From positions 119,414,001 to 119,478,000 of the forward strand of contig NC_045696.1 of NCBI RefSeq assembly GCF_009834535.1: a stretch of DNA of 64,000 nt, given 5' to 3'. The translations under genes were made by a program, and so were the position numbers. The notes beneath the pieces are model-generated. The model did not search any database, was not told the origin of the DNA, and saw nothing but the letters and a program-made list of their open reading frames with translations. This stretch comes from Camelus ferus. Taxonomy: Eukaryota. Each line of letters starts with the position of its first letter. Position 1 is the stretch's first letter. Shown one piece after another: positions 61,201 to 64,000 of this stretch.

Positions 61201-63193
61201 ATCAAGTGGGCTGTGTTAGGAGACCAGCCTGCCCGGGGCCTGCACAGAGCAGTTAAGGGACAGAGGTCACTTGTAGACGGATTTGACCTACTTTAGGTTG
61301 TCAAACAAGAGACCGTTAAAGAAGGAACATAAAGTCCTGCCCAGGACGAGTCTGGTGAAAAGGGCAGAGCGGGCCGTGCATGAACCCAGGTAACATGAAC
61401 TTTCTCTTTTCTCCAGGCCCCTCAGCTGAACTGCCTCCTTGTTTTCCTGCTTGAAAAGGGCAAAATATTTTCCTGGCCGTTGGAAGCAGAGTTTTTCCAT
61501 GAATCTTTCCTTTGCAGGTTGTTTTACCAAGAGCCAAAGGAGACAAAACAAAGCCCCGAGTTTCACACCAAGGAAGATGGAAAAAATGCCTGCTCACCGG
61601 GCTGGGCCTGGCCGTCTCCAGGCAGAAGAGCGAGGGGCCCCCTTTCATCAGAAGACGGGTCAGGACCCCCACGGCTGTACCTCAAGTTCACACACAAAAG
61701 CAGCTTCCCCCAGACCTCCCCACATATTTGAACACAGTCCTGAAATTGATTTAAACATTTTAAAATGAGGACATCCAAAGAGAAATGACATGTCTAGGAA
61801 ATATAAAGACTGCCCTTGCGGGGGCCAGCCAACTGCATGAGCTCCATCTCTGCCCTCAACCCCCCATTGGCGCTGCACCTCAATTTTTAGGACCAGGGGC
61901 TTGTCAGGTTCCTTCTAGCCACAGTGGATAATCTTTAAAATGGCCTCCTTCGGCTGGTCGGGTCTGATACCCTGTCCAGATATGGGCACTCAGATATGGA
62001 ATGCTTCCCCTCCACACTTGGAGAGCAAAAGAAACAGGGAGAGGAGAACCAAGCCGGACCTGCTGGCCCAGAACCTTGTCAGGACTGACCAGAAGCACGC
62101 CCCCTGTTTGGCAGGCAGTCAGCCTCCGTGATCAGCGGGAGGCTTGTTTTGCCCCTGAAGAGACAGCGATTGTCTGCACCGACTGCACTTTCACACCGGG
62201 GTGGGGCTGGCGGGTGGGAGGGTCAGTCTGTCGTCCGGATGTGAGGACCTTGGCTCTGGACATGTTCCGGATGTTTTGAGGCTGCTGGGCCAGCAGAGAA
62301 GAGCAGGGAGGAAGGAAGATGCTCTTTGACTCGCACATCCCTCCCCCCATGAGCACAGAGCTGTGTGGCTGGTTCCCCTCTGGGTTCTACAACTTGTGGC
62401 TGGGTGGGGGAAGGGCAGATAGCTCCCCCCTGCCCTGGCTGCATCTCTCTAGTCCATCTCCAACCCTTCCTCCAACCCCTCCCAGAGAAACTCATCCCTC
62501 TTCCTCCATCAGCCAAGGACCAAAAGCCTTTGTGCATAATAACTCAGGGATGCCTGCTGCCTCCCAGAAGTCACAGCCTCTTCGTTGCATAAATCGTTGT
62601 TTAGGCTCCTCTGGGACAGCTGTTGTCTTGGAACCCACAGCGTGGTGGAGAGCAGAGCTAATGCGGACACGGATCCCTTCATGGCAACTCCCCAATTAAA
62701 TTCACCCCAACCCTAGGAGGATGAGGAGGAAGCAGCAGCCCAAGGAGGTTGAGTAACACTCCTGAGGTTCCCCAGCTGGGAAGCAGGGAGCAGGGATTGA
62801 CCCCCCACAGCTGAGTGACTTACTGCCAGACCAAGCTGTGTCCCACTGGTGGGATGAGCCAATGGCCTCTCTGAGCGGCAGTTTTCCGTCTGCCCAGTGG
62901 GTTGTTCTGATGTTTGCAGGAGTTAATGTTTGGACAGAGCCTCATATGCTTGGGCTCTCCTCCGTCAAGTCTGTCTGTGAGCCATGATGGAAGGAACATG
63001 CCAGGTAAGAAAAGTTTCCAGGAGGCAGAAGTGGATGAAATTTATCTCCTCTGCCCAGACATCACCTGCCCTCTTTGGACACATTTGATTGGTCAAAAAA
63101 AAAAAAAAAAAATCTACAGCAGCCTCTCACCTCACCGCCCAGAGGCCCAGTGTCACAGAGGGAAACATCAAAGATGGCAATCCCACGAGAGTG

Positions 63194-63309
63194 TGTTGCT
63201 GGAAAATCGGACTCTGCGCCCCGAAAAGCAAATTCAAACTCGGAGACAGTTTTGGGAGGAAAGAAAAGAGCAGCTTTATTGTTTTGCTGGACAAAGGAGA
63301 GTCACAGGG
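63194..63309 (-). mobile_element. ERV LTR 3' (R/U5) fragment
   Basis: Minus strand reads ...ctcctttgtccagcaaaacAATAAAgctgctcttttc...gtccgattttccagcaaca, with a terminal CA. Confidence 0.65.
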
Positions 63310-63393
63310 TGGACTTCAATAAAAAAAAAAAAAAGAAATAGTGATGTCCTGCTATTTAAGTTGTTTTCAAATTATCAAAAAAATACTAAATTT

Positions 63394-63783
63394 TTAATGG
63401 AAAAGAAACTGAAAAAAATATATGTATATATCTGTATAACTGAATCACTTTGCTGTACACCTGAAACTAACATTGTAAGTTGACCACTCTTGGATAAAAA
63501 AATAAGACTTTGGGAGTGGGGTATGAAGGGACAGACCAGGAGTTCAAAATTTGTAGATACTGACAGGCACATGCAGAATAGATGAACAAGATCATACTGT
63601 ATAGCACAGGGAAACATACACAAGATCTCGTGGTAGCTCACAGCGAAAAAAAAGTGTGACAATGAATATATGTATGTTCATGTATAACTGAAAAATTGTG
63701 CTATACACTGGAATTTGATACAACATTGTAAAATGACTATAACTCAATAAAAAAATGTTTTAAAAAAAGGCTTTAAAAAAAGG
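63394..63783 (+). mobile_element. Two nested L1 3' UTR fragments
   Basis: Outer repeat actaaattt at 63385-63393 and 63784-63792; inner repeat aag(a/g)cttt at 63504-63511 and 63767-63774; the inner UTR resembles the 3' UTR of the 48.4-50.9 kb L1. Confidence 0.85.
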
Positions 63784-64000
63784 ACTAAATTTCTGAGACT
63801 ATTAACAACAGCAAAAAAGAACCCCTCTCTCATGCCCCTTTCCCTGTCTCCTCCCTAAAGCTAACCTCTATCTTGACTTTTATGGGAATCATTTACTTGC
63901 TTTTCATTATGCTATCATCACCAAAATACGCTGAACACTACAGTTTAGTTTTTCCGAACCTTGAACTTCATAAGGTAATGTCCCAGTGCATACGCTTTCA

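Noticed and set aside
62914..63483. 189-aa ORF with poly-Lys runs
   Set aside because: Reads through poly(A) tracts, an LTR fragment and an L1 UTR

Overview
Mammalian, repeat-rich, apparently intergenic (or deep intronic) DNA, very probably from a camelid (Camelus/Vicugna/Lama). The evidence is seven copies of a tRNA-Ala-derived SINE with the vic-1 architecture, together with cetartiodactyl-type L1 3' ends; I noticed no Alu, Bov-A/CHR or PRE-1 elements. I recognise no host protein-coding gene. The only ORFs with recognisable homology come from transposons: a 5'-truncated L1 at 48365-50933 (minus) with a 365-codon open RT segment, several L1 ORF2 C-termini, and an ancient CR1/L3 RT remnant near 15355. 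The window also holds two solo ERV1-type LTRs (one MER41-like), many MaLR/ERVL LTRs, L2, MIR and hAT MITEs. The non-repeat signals worth following up are an orphan CpG island at about 9.4-10.0 kb with a 5' splice site, and a CpG-retaining cluster of plus-strand splice sites at 36.0-37.1 kb that could be an unannotated spliced transcript. The best-supported oddities are retrotransposition events readable from their target-site duplications (TSDs): an L1/non-L1 chimeric insertion, a nested L1 with a probable 3' transduction, and two L1s inserted at the same site. There is also a perfect 96-bp tandem duplication. I found no convincing novel multi-gene system. Repeat family names come from my recall of consensus sequences, not from a database search, and boundaries of old repeats are approximate.
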